Assembly: GCA_963766735.1 (NCBI GenBank)
Contig: CAVYBU010000030.1
Coordinates: 128,001 to 192,000, forward strand
DNA: 64,000 bases
DNA from: an uncultured Chloroflexia bacterium
GTDB taxonomy: Bacteria > Chloroflexota > Limnocylindria > Limnocylindrales > CSP1-4
Direction: 5' to 3'
Made by a program: the position numbers and the translations under genes
The notes under the pieces: generated by a model
The model's database searches: none
Seen by the model: only the letters and a program-made list of their open reading frames with translations
Told to the model about the DNA's origin: nothing
Shown here: positions 52,335 through 63,173 of the stretch, piece by piece
Numbering within the stretch: position 1 is the first letter of the stretch
How the letters are laid out: each line of letters opens with the position of its first letter

Positions 52335-53690
52335 TTGACTCGCCACACCGCTGCGCAGCACTACCCACGGTCCGGCCCACGCCATCGCCGTCTGCTCGCC
52401 GCCCTCCTGGCCATCCCCCTCGTCTTCGGGCTGGTTGCGGCGCCGGCATTCGCGCCGGGCCCAGTCCAGGGCGACGAGCTGGCCGACGCCAAGGCCCAGC
52501 AGGCCGCGCTCGAGAAGAAGATCAAGCAGCAGAAGAGCCTGATCGCGGGCCTGGACAACTCGCAGGCGAGTCTCGCGGGGCGCATCGCCCGGACCACGGG
52601 CAAGCTCGAGGGCATCGCCGAAGACCTGGCGGTCACCCGCCGGCAGGTCAACGCGATGATCAAGGACATCGCCGCGGTACAGGCGGACTACGACACGCTC
52701 GTCAGCGAGCTTGACGATCTGGACCTGCAGCTCGAGCGCATCGGGCAGATGGAGTCGACCAAGAAGGCCGAGCTGGGGGAGCGCAAGGCCGAGCTGGCGA
52801 ATCGCATCCGGGATGCGTGGGAGGCGGAGCGCACCTCGATGCTGGAGACATTCCTCTCCGGTGCCTCGTTCACCGACATGCTCGCCGAGATGAGCACCCA
52901 GCTCGATGCGGCCGAGCAGGACCGGGTTCTTGCCCAGCAGATCGCGCTGGACCGGGCGACGTTGCTCTCGCTCCACCAGACGGTCGTGGCGACGCGCGCC
53001 CAGACCAACACCCTCCGCCAGGAGACCGCCGTCCAGAAACAGAAGCTGGACCGGCGCCTCGCCGAGCTGGAGAAGGCGCGGGCAAAGCTGGTCAAGCTCG
53101 AGAAGGCAGCCAAGGCGACCCTCAGGGCGCAGAAGGCGCAATACGCGAAGCTGTCCAGGGACGAGGCGAGGTTACGCAAGGCGGTGGCATCGGCGGCCGC
53201 GGCGAAGAAGAAGCTTCAGACGAAGATCAACCGTCTCGTCGCCTCACAGTTCAAAGCGGGCAACATCCCGTCCGCGTACAACGGAACGCTCCGCTGGCCG
53301 ATGTCGGGCACGATCAGCCAGGACTACGGGTGCACGGGCTTCTCCTGGGAGCCTCCCAAGGGGGGCTGCGCGCACTTCCACAGCGGCATCGACCTCGTCG
53401 CGCCCTCCGGGACGCCGGTGCGATCGTCCGCGGCCGGACGTGTCGTGTATGTGGGCTGGAACTGGGCCGACGGCTACGACCCCGCGTTCATCGTCATCGT
53501 GGCGCACTCCTCCAGCCTGACCACCTGGTACGCCCACCTGCAGGCACGCTATGCAGTCAAGGCCGGCCAGATCGTCAGCGCCGGCCAGGTCATCGGCTAC
53601 GAGGGGAACACCGGTCATTCCACGGGCGCCCACCTCCACTGGATGGTGTACTTCAACGGCAGCTTCGTGAACCCGCGCCTGTTCACCTGA
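52335..53690 (+). CDS. Secreted coiled-coil M23 peptidoglycan endopeptidase (EnvC/CwlO-like architecture)
   Basis: Signal peptide, long coiled coil, HSGIDL, YAHL, STGAHLH. Confidence 0.9.
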   Translation: MTRHTAAQHYPRSGPRHRRLLAALLAIPLVFGLVAAPAFAPGPVQGDELADAKAQQAALEKKIKQQKSLIAGLDNSQASLAGRIARTTGKLEGIAEDLAVTRRQVNAMIKDIAAVQADYDTLVSELDDLDLQLERIGQMESTKKAELGERKAELANRIRDAWEAERTSMLETFLSGASFTDMLAEMSTQLDAAEQDRVLAQQIALDRATLLSLHQTVVATRAQTNTLRQETAVQKQKLDRRLAELEKARAKLVKLEKAAKATLRAQKAQYAKLSRDEARLRKAVASAAAAKKKLQTKINRLVASQFKAGNIPSAYNGTLRWPMSGTISQDYGCTGFSWEPPKGGCAHFHSGIDLVAPSGTPVRSSAAGRVVYVGWNWADGYDPAFIVIVAHSSSLTTWYAHLQARYAVKAGQIVSAGQVIGYEGNTGHSTGAHLHWMVYFNGSFVNPRLFT

Positions 53691-53766
53691 GGCGCGGCAC
53701 CTGCTCCGCCCACGCCCACGGTGCTAGCATCGGAAGACAGCCCCCCAGCGAGCGGAGGAACGACGG

Positions 53767-55098
53767 TTGGTCAAGCCGGTGATGGCGGTGATTCTCGCGG
53801 GCGGCGAAGGCGAGCGCCTGTCGATCCTGTCCTCCGTCAGGGCCAAGCCCGCGGTCCCCTTCGGCGGCAAGTACCGGATCATCGATTTCACGCTGTCCAA
53901 CTGCGTCAACTCGGGCCTCGATGACGTGGTCGTCCTGACCCAGTACAACCCTCGCTCGCTCAACGACCACATCGGCCTCGGGCGCCCGTGGGACCTCGAC
54001 CGGAACAGGGGCGGCGTGAAGCTGCTGCAGCCGTACATCAAGCGCGGCCGTGTGGCGGAGTGGTACCGCGGCACCGCGGACGCCGTGCTCCAGAACTTCA
54101 ACGTGATCGAGCACGATGCGGGGGACACCATCCTTGTGCTCGCCGGTGACCACATCTACAAGATGGACTACACGCCGTTCCTGGCCGCGCATCGCCGCCA
54201 CCGCGCGGACGTCACGCTCGCGGTCAGGCGCGTGCCGCTGGCGGAGGCCAGCCGGATGGGTGTCCTGGCGCTGGACGACGGCGATCGCGTCGTGGACTGG
54301 CAGGAGAAGCCCAAGCAGCCCAAGAGCGACCTCGCGTCTATGGGCGTCTACGTGTTCTCCAAGCGGGCGCTCCGCCGCTGGCTGACGGACAAGAACATCG
54401 ACTTCGGCCGGGAGGTGATCCCGGCCATGCTTGCCGACGGCGCCCGCGTGTTCGGGTACCGGTTCGAAGGGTATTGGCAGGACGTGGGGACGATCCAGTC
54501 GTTCTGGGAGGCCAACATGGCGCTCCTGGACGACATTCCGGAGCTGGACCTGTACGACCGCGAGTGGCTGATCCACACCCGGTCGGAGGAGCGGGCTCCC
54601 GCCAAGGTCGGCCCCACCGCACAGGTCCACCGGAGCCTGATCTCGCACGGCTGCGTCATCAACGGCACGGTCGTCAACAGCGTCCTGTCCCCCGGGGTCC
54701 GGGTTGACGTGGGCGCGGTGGTCCGGGACTCCATCGTGATGTTCGATTCCGTCGTCCGCAGCGGCGCGGTCGTTGACCGCGCGATCCTGGACAAGGAGGT
54801 CGTGATCGGCCAGGGGGCGATCGTCGGCGAGGGCCCCGACTTCGACACCCCGAACAAGGCGGAGCCCGGCCGCCTCAACACCGGGATCACGGTGGTGGGG
54901 AAGCAGTCGGTCGTGCCGCGCGGTGCGCGCCTGGGGCGCAACGTGAAGGTCGGCGAACGGGTCCGGACGAGCGACTTCACGTCGCGCAGCGTCCGGTCGG
55001 GCGGGACCGTGGACCGCAAGGAACGGTCCCGCAAGGTCGATCTCGGCGAGGACGTCGGGGCGCCACCGGCCAGGGCGAGCGCGGTCGGTCGCGACTGA
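53767..55098 (+). CDS. glgC: Glucose-1-phosphate adenylyltransferase
   Basis: [54 protein letters not shown]. Confidence 0.95.
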   Translation: MVKPVMAVILAGGEGERLSILSSVRAKPAVPFGGKYRIIDFTLSNCVNSGLDDVVVLTQYNPRSLNDHIGLGRPWDLDRNRGGVKLLQPYIKRGRVAEWYRGTADAVLQNFNVIEHDAGDTILVLAGDHIYKMDYTPFLAAHRRHRADVTLAVRRVPLAEASRMGVLALDDGDRVVDWQEKPKQPKSDLASMGVYVFSKRALRRWLTDKNIDFGREVIPAMLADGARVFGYRFEGYWQDVGTIQSFWEANMALLDDIPELDLYDREWLIHTRSEERAPAKVGPTAQVHRSLISHGCVINGTVVNSVLSPGVRVDVGAVVRDSIVMFDSVVRSGAVVDRAILDKEVVIGQGAIVGEGPDFDTPNKAEPGRLNTGITVVGKQSVVPRGARLGRNVKVGERVRTSDFTSRSVRSGGTVDRKERSRKVDLGEDVGAPPARASAVGRD

Positions 55099-55173
55099 CC
55101 TCGCGCCGCCACGTCGAGTGCGGCGGCAGGCTGTCGCGAGGGATCTCCGCGTTGCTCCGGTAGACTCCCCGCC

Positions 55174-55743
55174 ATGTCACCCGCCCCCCTGGCGTCGGCA
55201 TGCGCCGCGGCCGACGTCGAGGCCTGGCTCGCCGAGCTCGATCTCCGGCCCCTGGAGCGAGCCGACCGGGAAGGCGTCTCCTCGTGGGATCTCATCCTCG
55301 ACGGACGCCGCCGTGCGGCCTTGCGCGTCACGATCATCCTGGACCCTGGGCTGGCCCTGATCTGCTGGGCGCACTTTGCGCCCCCGATCAACGACGGCTT
55401 CCGGCGGTCGTATCGCAAGCTCCTGCGCTGGAACGACGAGCTTCCATTCGTGAAGTTCTCGATCGGGGAGGACGAGCGCCCCCTCCTGGTGGCCGAGATC
55501 CCGTCCGCCGCGGCGACCCGCGATTCGCTGGGCCTGGCGCTCGCCCGGCACGTCGCCGTCGGTGATCGCTACTTCGCTGAGTCGATCGAGTGGCTGAAGG
55601 CCGGCGGCTGGCCTATCGAGCCCGCTGCCGCTCCGGCCGAGGGCGCGGCGCCAGGCCCCGGCGCAGCCCTGCTTGCCCGCTATGCGGCGGAGCTCGAGGA
55701 GCTCCTGACCGGCGTGCCCGCGACGGCGGGGGTGGGTGCGTGA
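55174..55743 (+). CDS. YbjN/T3SS-chaperone-like domain protein
   Basis: SWDLILDGRRR, YRKLLRWNDELPFVKF, LVAEIP; leaderless (TAGACT-N7-ATG). Confidence 0.65.
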   Translation: MSPAPLASACAAADVEAWLAELDLRPLERADREGVSSWDLILDGRRRAALRVTIILDPGLALICWAHFAPPINDGFRRSYRKLLRWNDELPFVKFSIGEDERPLLVAEIPSAAATRDSLGLALARHVAVGDRYFAESIEWLKAGGWPIEPAAAPAEGAAPGPGAALLARYAAELEELLTGVPATAGVGA

Positions 55744-58700
55744 TCATCCGCCGCCGGGCGTCCGGGCTGGCCTTCGCGGCCGCGCTGACCGCCATGCTCC
55801 TCGGCTCCGTCGCCGGTGCCGTGCCGGCCGAGGAGGTCAGGGCCGCCGCGACGGACCTCACCCTCGTCGGCGCCGCGACCTACACGGTGCTGCCCGAAGC
55901 CGGTCGCGTCGGCGTCGCCGTGGACTTCACCGTGCGCAACCACCGGCCGGAGTCGAAGACGCGCCGGTTCTACTTCGATCGCGCGTACATCGCCGTCCTA
56001 CCCGGCACGGTGTCGTTCCGCGTCTCGGGATGGAAGGGCACCACGGTCCACGTCACGAAGCGGACCGCGGACTACACGATGCTCCGGATCGACTTCGGCT
56101 CCCGCCTCTACAGCGGCAAGTCACACGACCTGCGGCTGACGTTCGATCTCCCGGATCCGAAGCGCGACACGGGCTCCCAGGTCCGCGTCGGCACCAGCCT
56201 CGTCACGTTCCCGGTCTGGGCCTACGCCTCCGAGGGCGCCAAGGGCAGCACCGTGACCGTCCGGTTTCCGGCCGGCTACGAGGTGGAGGTGCAGAGCGGA
56301 TCCTTCGACAGGAAGACCGTGGGTTCGAATGGCGGCACGGTCCTCCGGGCGGGGCCCCTGGCCCAGCCACTGACGTTCTTCGCCTTCGTCTCCGGCACGC
56401 GTCCGGCGGTCTACGTGGACACGCCCCTGAGCGTGACCGCCGGACCCCAGGCGATCGACCTCACCATGCGCGCCTGGGAGGACGATCCGGACTGGTCGTC
56501 GCGGGTGGGCTCGCTGCTTGAGGGTGCCCTGCCGGTCCTGCGCCGCGAGATCGGGCTGGCCTGGCCGTACGACGATGCCGTGGTCGTCCAGGAGGCCGTG
56601 AGCCGCACCGACGGTGGCTACGCCGGCCTGTTCGACGGGGCCGACGGACGAATCGAGGTGGCCTACTGGGCCGAGCCCATGGTCATGATCCACGAGGCCG
56701 CCCACGGCTGGTTCAACGGGCGCCTTCTGGCGGACCGGTGGGCGAGCGAGGGGTTCGCCTCGCTGTATGCCGGGCGGGCCGCGGCGGAGCTGGAGATCGA
56801 GGGCACCGCCCCTGCGCTCACCGAGGAGGTGGCAGCATCGGCCATCCCGCTCAACGCGTGGGCGAACGACCCCACCGCCGACAGCGCCACCGAGACGTAT
56901 GGCTTCGCCGCCAGCCTGGCCGCGGCGCAGGCGATCGCGGACCGTGCGGGCGACGGGGCCCTGCAGCGGGTCTGGGCGGCCGCCGATCGCGGCATCGGGG
57001 CCTACCAGCCGGTGATCCCCGGTGGTGCCGGGACCGGCGGCAGCTCGACGGTCGGCGGGGAGCCCGAGACCGTGGACGGGCCTCCCGACTGGCGCGGCCT
57101 CCTGGACCTCCTGGAGGCGGAGACCGGCCAGAGCTTCGAGGACCTGTGGCGAACCTGGGTGGTACGCGAGGACGAGGTCGCGCTGCTGGAGGCTCGCACG
57201 GCCGCGCGTGCCTCGTACAACCGCACGCTCGCGCTCGCGGGCGACTGGGCACTTCCACGCCCGATCCGCGACGCGCTGCGGGCGTGGCAGTTCGATTCGG
57301 CAGAGCGTCTCATGGCTGACGCCCGCACGATCCTCGCCCAGCGTGCCGCCCTCGATGAGCTGGCGACGCGGGAAGGCCTCGTCGTGCCGCCCACCATGCT
57401 CACGCTGTTCGAGGCGGGGTCCATGGGGGAGGCGAGCGCCGAGGCGGAGGCGGTGCGGAACGCCATGCTCTCGATCCGCCAGGCGACCGACGCGCAATCC
57501 GCCGCGGACGACATCCTGACGACCATCGGCATGATCGGCGAGGAGCCCGAGGCCGATCTCCGAGCGGCCAGGGCGGCGCTCGCGACCGGGGATCTCGGCG
57601 CGACGCTGAAGGCGGCCGACGACGCGTACCGGGCCTGGAACGGCGCCTGGGAGGAGGGGCGGCGACGTGCCCTGCTGGCCGTGGCGGTCCTGGCGACGAT
57701 CCTGGTGCTGGGATCCTCGATCGTGGGCCGGGTGCGCCGTGCCCGCATGCGTCCGCCGGCCGCGGCCGCCGTGCTGGCGTTGCTGCTGGCGACCGGCGCC
57801 GCCGTCCTGCCTCCGGCCGCGGCGCCGGCGATGCCGTTCCTCGCCGGGCTGGGAGCGCCCGTGGCGCTGGCGGCCGACGACATCGCGATCACGGCCGCCG
57901 CGCACTACGTCGTGGATCCCGGCGACGCCGTCGTCCGGGTCACCGTGGACATCACCGCGGTCAACGGCAAGCCCAACCGGACCAGCGGCGGGACGATCAC
58001 CCGCTACTTCTATGACGGTGTGAACCTCGGGGTCCAGCCCGAGGGTGTGCGCTTCCGGGCCACGCAGGGCGGTTCGCCGGCCAAGGTGACGGCGGCCCAG
58101 CGTGATGGGTACCAGCTGGTCACCGTCCTGTTCCGCAAGAACATCTACGTCGGCGAGAAGGCCAAGGTCCGACTCACGTACGACCTGCCGGCGGGCAAGC
58201 CGCGCTCCGAGAGTGACGTCCGGGTGGGTGCCGCCTTCGCGACGTTCCTCGCGTGGGCGTTCGGCGACGCGGGCACGGTCCGCGTGGACGTGCCACAGGG
58301 CTTCGACGTGAACATCGCGGGCAGCGAGATGCAGGAGGTCGCGGGCACGGCCGGCATGCAGGTGTTCAGCGCCAGCACCACGGACCCGCTGGACTGGTCG
58401 GCGTGGGTCAACGCCCGAAATGATGCCGGACTGACGAAGGACGAGATCACGCTCTCGGGCGGGAACCGGATCGTCGTCCGCGGCTGGCCGGAGGACCCGC
58501 GGTGGCGGGCGCGGTGGCGGAGGTCCTGGCCGATGCCGTTCCCGAGCTGGCTCAGCGGATCGGCCTGCCATGGCCGGTCGACGGTGTCATGAGCGTGGTG
58601 GAGGTGCATTCCCCGCTCCTCGAGGGGTACTCGGGCTTCTACGACAGCGAGACCAACGAGATCACGATCAGCGAGGACCTCGACGACGCGACGACGATCC

Positions 58701-59797
58701 ACGAGGCGGCGCACGCGTGGTTCAACGAGGGGCTGTTCACACAGCGCTGGATCAACGAGGGGCTGGCCGAGGAGTACGCCGCCCGCGTGCTGGAGGCAAT
58801 GGGCGGGGATCCATCCGAGCCAGAGGCCGTGACCCGGGCTTCGTCGGAGGCATTCCCGCTCAACGACTGGCCACCGCCTGCCCCGATCAGCGACGAGGCG
58901 AGCGACAAGCGGGAGCAGTACGGCTACGACGCATCATGGACGGTCGTGCGGGCGATCATGGCCGAGGCCGGAGAGGACGGCTTCGTGCGCATGTTCAGGG
59001 CCGCCGACGACCACACCACCGCGTACCCGGGCGAGGGGCCGCCCGAGCGCGCCGCGCTGCCCAACGACTGGCGCCGCTTCCTCGATCTCGCCGAGGAGCT
59101 GGGTGGGGCTGACGGCACGACCGCGCTTGTCGTCGCCTGGGCCGCGACGACCGACGCCCAGGACGTGCTGATCGCCCGCGACGCAGCACGCAGGGCCTAC
59201 CACGTGCTGCTCGAGGACGGAGACGGCTGGTCGGCACCCCCTGCGGTGCGCCTGGCGATGGACAGCTGGTCGTTCGCCAAGGCGGGCGAGGCCATCGATC
59301 TCGCGGAGACCGTGCTCGACGCGCGCGACGACCTGGTGACCACGGCCGCCGGCGTGGGACTGTCGCCCGCAGGTGACCTGGAGGCCGCCTACGAGGGCGC
59401 GGCGTCCGGATCGGACCTCGACGCCGCGCTGGCGCTCGCTCGAGCGACGTCCCGGTCCCTGGCTGAGGTGACCGCCGCCGGGGCCGCGGTGGCGGCGCCA
59501 CGGGACGTGCTCACGTCGCTGGGCCTGGACGAAGCGGACCCGGACGGGGATCTCGCCGCCGCCCGGGTGGCCTGGGAGGCCGGTGACCTGGACGCATCCA
59601 CGGCCGGTGCGGACGCTGCGATTGCCGCCCTCGCCGCGGCGCCCGGCAACGGTCGCACCAAGGTCCTGCTGGTGGGTGGCGGGGCGGTCGGAACGGTCGT
59701 GCTGCTGTGGCTGGTCGTTGTCATTGTCCGTCGCCGCAGGCCGGTACCGGCGTCCGAGGGGCCGCAGCCCACGGATGAGGAAGTGGACCGCTCGTGA
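55740..59797 (+). CDS. Giant membrane-anchored protein with two tandem gluzincin (M1/MA-like) metallopeptidase modules, about 1350 aa; frameshift near 58513
   Basis: IHEAAHGWF...RWASEG and IHEAAHAWF...RWINEG; homologous modules; ORFs ending at 58592 and 59797 join by adding one G in CGG(G)TGGCG; GTGA overlap with the YbjN-like gene. Confidence 0.75.
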
Positions 59798-59837
59798 CCC
59801 GCCCCGCCGCACCGGCCTGCCTGCGCGGCTGATCGAC

Positions 59838-61010
59838 CTAGGTCGCCGGACCCGGCTGCGTCGCAGGGCGGCCAACAGACCGCAGGGACGGGTCCCGCAG
59901 CGTCAGCGCGATCGAGACCCCGATCAGGGCAATCCCGCCCACGAGCGCCGCCGACAGCCCGAACAGCGCCACGATCGGCGCCCCGCCCATGCTGCCGATG
60001 GTCAGCGCTGCTGCCAGGCTTCCCGAGTAGAGCGCGAATGCGGAGCCCCGGTCCGCATCGCTCGACCGCCGCGAAAGCTCGAGGAGGGTCGGCGTCATCA
60101 CGATCGCGCCGCCGGCGCCACTGATCAGCCCGGACACGATCAGGAGGGGCGTGGTCAGCGGCAGCAGGAGCATCCCGATCGCGACGATGGTCGAGCCAGC
60201 GCCGATCGTTATCAGCGTCCGGGACGAGATCCGGTCCGAGAGCCAGCCGGACGGGAGCCTCATCACGAAGATCGCCAGGCCGTCGGCGGCGAAGTAGAGC
60301 CCGATGTCGGCACCGGCGTCAGAGGCCCGGACCGGCAGGTAGGCGATGACCGCGCCCCAGTGCGCGACGTAGGTGATCACGATGGCGAGGGGGACCGTCC
60401 ACTCGCGGCGGAAGGTGATCCCGAAGCGTCGGGGCGTCGGATCCGCCTCGTGGATGACGCGCCGGATGGGCAGACGCCAGGCGAGGAGGACGCCCGCCAC
60501 CACGAACACGACGGTCATCATCGCCACGCCGTCGAGCGAGGTTGCGTCGAGGATCGCGATCGACAGCGGGGGCATCACGACCAGGGTGAGGTTCTGGGCT
60601 GCCCCGACGAGCGCGAGTCCCGAGCCCAGGCGCGTCGGGTGGACGATCCCAGGGACCAGCGAGAGCGCGGCCGGCAGCGCCAGGGCGATGCCCATGCCCT
60701 GGAGGACCCGGGCGAGGACGAACGGAAGGACCGGGCCACCGGGCTCCACGCCGGGCAGCAGCAGGATCCCGGATGCCAGCAGGTAGAACGCGCCGCCGAC
60801 GCCGAACAGCCGCATCCCACCGAACCGGTCCACGAGACGTCCGCCCCCGATGGCCGCCGGGACCTGGACCAGGGCCGCCGTCCCCACGATCAGCCCGATG
60901 GTGGCATCGGCCACGCCGGCGCGGGCGAGGGCGAGCGGCAGGGAGGCGGTATAGCCGTGGAAGCCCGCCTGGACGAGGAACGTCGCGATCGCGAGAAGGA
61001 TGACGAGCAC
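59838..61010 (-). CDS. MFS transporter
   Basis: About 12 TM segments, GRLVDRFG and GWLSDRIS motif A. Confidence 0.9.
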   Translation of the reverse strand: MLVILLAIATFLVQAGFHGYTASLPLALARAGVADATIGLIVGTAALVQVPAAIGGGRLVDRFGGMRLFGVGGAFYLLASGILLLPGVEPGGPVLPFVLARVLQGMGIALALPAALSLVPGIVHPTRLGSGLALVGAAQNLTLVVMPPLSIAILDATSLDGVAMMTVVFVVAGVLLAWRLPIRRVIHEADPTPRRFGITFRREWTVPLAIVITYVAHWGAVIAYLPVRASDAGADIGLYFAADGLAIFVMRLPSGWLSDRISSRTLITIGAGSTIVAIGMLLLPLTTPLLIVSGLISGAGGAIVMTPTLLELSRRSSDADRGSAFALYSGSLAAALTIGSMGGAPIVALFGLSAALVGGIALIGVSIALTLRDPSLRSVGRPATQPGPAT

Positions 61011-61178
61011 GATGTCTCTGGACTCACTGGATCGGGTCTGCGCCGGCGTCGGGGAGGCGTCGCGGCGTGTCCGGTGATCGTACCGGTGCCCGCGTCCGCG
61101 AAGGGCGCGACTCCGGGAGGGGCGCGACCCCGCCAGGCGTGACCCGGCGCGCGTGGAGGCGCCCGAGAGCTCTGGTGG

Positions 61179-61809
61179 TCAGCGGCCCGGCAGCTCCCCG
61201 GCCCAGCGCAGGCGGCCCAGCCAGAGGATCCCCAGGATCGACTTCGCGTCGCTGATCTCCCCGGAATCGATCATGGCCAACGCCTCGTCGATCGTCACGT
61301 GGCTCAACTCCAGGCGCTCGTCCTCGTCGGGAGCGAGCCGCCCGTCGCCGTCGGCCACGCCGTCCAGCCCGGTGGCCAGGTACAGGTGCATCAGCTCCGA
61401 GGCAAACCCGGGCGCCGTCCAGAACGTGGCGAGCTTCCGCCACGAGGTGGCCCGATGGCCGGTCTCCTCCTCAAGCTCCCGGCGGAGCGGCGACATCCGG
61501 GTCCTCGGTCACGCCGTCGGCCACGTCCAGCGTGCCGGCCGGGATCTCGAGCAGCGCCCGGCCCGCGGGGATCCGCCACTGGCGCACCAGCAGGAGGCGC
61601 CCGTCGGCGTCGAGGGCGAGCACGGCCACCGCGCCGGGATGCCCCACCACGTCACGCGTGCCGCGCGTGCCGTCGGGGCGCTCGATGGTGTCCACCCGGA
61701 AGTCCAGGTAGCGCCCGCGGTGGATGAGCTTCGAGTCGACGACCTGCTCCTCCAGCGGATCGTCCCCGAACGGGCGCCTCCCGGAGACGGCGGTCGTGGA
61801 ATCGGTCAT
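61179..61809 (-). CDS. NUDIX hydrolase (ADP-ribose pyrophosphatase-like); frameshift near 61484
   Basis: HPGAVAV, LVRQWR, EIPAGTLD in one frame, RRELEEETG, TAPGF, DAKS in another; one extra C. Confidence 0.85.
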
Positions 61810-61883
61810 GGCAGCTCCAGTGGAAGCACGCGGCCGGCCCGCCCCGGGAGGCAAGCCGGCCGCGTGATGGGCCGGGTCCGAGC

Positions 61884-62972
61884 TCAGGCTTCTGAATGGG
61901 CGAGCTTCTCACCCGTCTCGAGGTTGAACAGGTGCAGCTTGTCCACCGGCAGGTGGAGCTGGATGCTGTCACCGGGGCGGACACGATGCGACGAGTCCAC
62001 GATGGCGACGATGTCCCGCCCCTGGACGGACACGTGGAGGAGCTCCTCGTTGCCAAGGTACTCGACGACGTCCGCGGTGCCTTCGATGGTCCCGACCCCG
62101 ATGCCGATCCCGCCCATCTCCAGGTGCTCAGGCCGGAAGCCCGCGAGCACCTTGAGGCCGGCCGACTTGATCGCGTCGGCGTAGCGCGACGGCACCGGGA
62201 AGGTGAAGCCGCCTTCGATCAGGTCGCCGGTGCCGACCGGCATCTCGATGAAGTTCATCGACGGGCTGCCGATGAAGCCGGCGACGAACCGGTTCTTGGG
62301 GTGCTCGTACAGCTCCTGCGGCGTTCCGACCTGCCTGAGCAGGCCGTCGCTCATGACGGCGATCCGTTCGCCCATCGTCATGGCCTCGACCTGGTCGTGC
62401 GTGACGTACACCATCGTGGTCCCGAGGCGCTGGTGGAGGCGAGCGATCTCCGCGCGGGTCTGGACGCGCAGCTTGGCGTCGAGGTTGGACAGCGGCTCGT
62501 CCATGAGGAACACGGCGGGCTCCCGGACGATGGCCCGACCCAGCGCGACGCGCTGGCGCTGGCCGCCCGAGAGCGCCTTGGGCTTGCGGTCGAGCAGGCT
62601 CTCGAGCTGGAGGATGCCGGCCGCGTCGTTGATCCGCTTCTCGATCTCGGGCTTGGCCACCTTGCGGAGCTTGAGGCCGAACGCGAGGTTGTCGCGGACC
62701 GTCATGTGCGGGTAGAGCGCGTAGCTCTGGAAGACCATCGCGATGTCGCGATCCTTGGGCGCGACGTCGTTGACGACCTTGTCGCCGATCAGGAGGGTTC
62801 CCTCTGTGATCTCCTCGAGCCCGGCGATCATCCGCAGGCTCGTGGTCTTGCCACAGCCCGATGGGCCGACGAAGACCATGAACTCGCCGTCGCCGATCTC
62901 GAGGTTGAAGTCCGATACGGCTGTGACCTCGCCGAACCGCTTGAAGACGTGGTCAAACGTCACGGTCGCCAT
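61884..62972 (-). CDS. Sugar ABC transporter ATP-binding protein (UgpC/MsmX/MalK family)
   Basis: GPSGCGKTT, MVFQSYALYPHM, LSGGQRQRVA, DEPLSNLDAKLR, TOBE domain; GGAGG RBS. Confidence 0.93.
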   Translation of the reverse strand: MATVTFDHVFKRFGEVTAVSDFNLEIGDGEFMVFVGPSGCGKTTSLRMIAGLEEITEGTLLIGDKVVNDVAPKDRDIAMVFQSYALYPHMTVRDNLAFGLKLRKVAKPEIEKRINDAAGILQLESLLDRKPKALSGGQRQRVALGRAIVREPAVFLMDEPLSNLDAKLRVQTRAEIARLHQRLGTTMVYVTHDQVEAMTMGERIAVMSDGLLRQVGTPQELYEHPKNRFVAGFIGSPSMNFIEMPVGTGDLIEGGFTFPVPSRYADAIKSAGLKVLAGFRPEHLEMGGIGIGVGTIEGTADVVEYLGNEELLHVSVQGRDIVAIVDSSHRVRPGDSIQLHLPVDKLHLFNLETGEKLAHSEA

Positions 62973-63173
62973 GAATCGAACCTCCATCCCGGCCTGAGGT
63001 CATCGCGGGCTCCTGCATCCGGCCGTCGACGGGCGACGGACTCGGACGAGCCCCGTACGAGGTGCTGGCTCGGGTCTGAGCGCATCGTACGCAATCAGGT
63101 ACCCCGGTGGCAACGCACCGTCCCCGGGTAGAGTGAGCGATGACGCTCCCGCCACGCTCTCGTCGAGGTTCCG

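Noticed and set aside
58490-58530. Programmed ribosomal frameshift
   Set aside because: No slippery sequence, and similar indels in two unrelated genes point to sequencing error.
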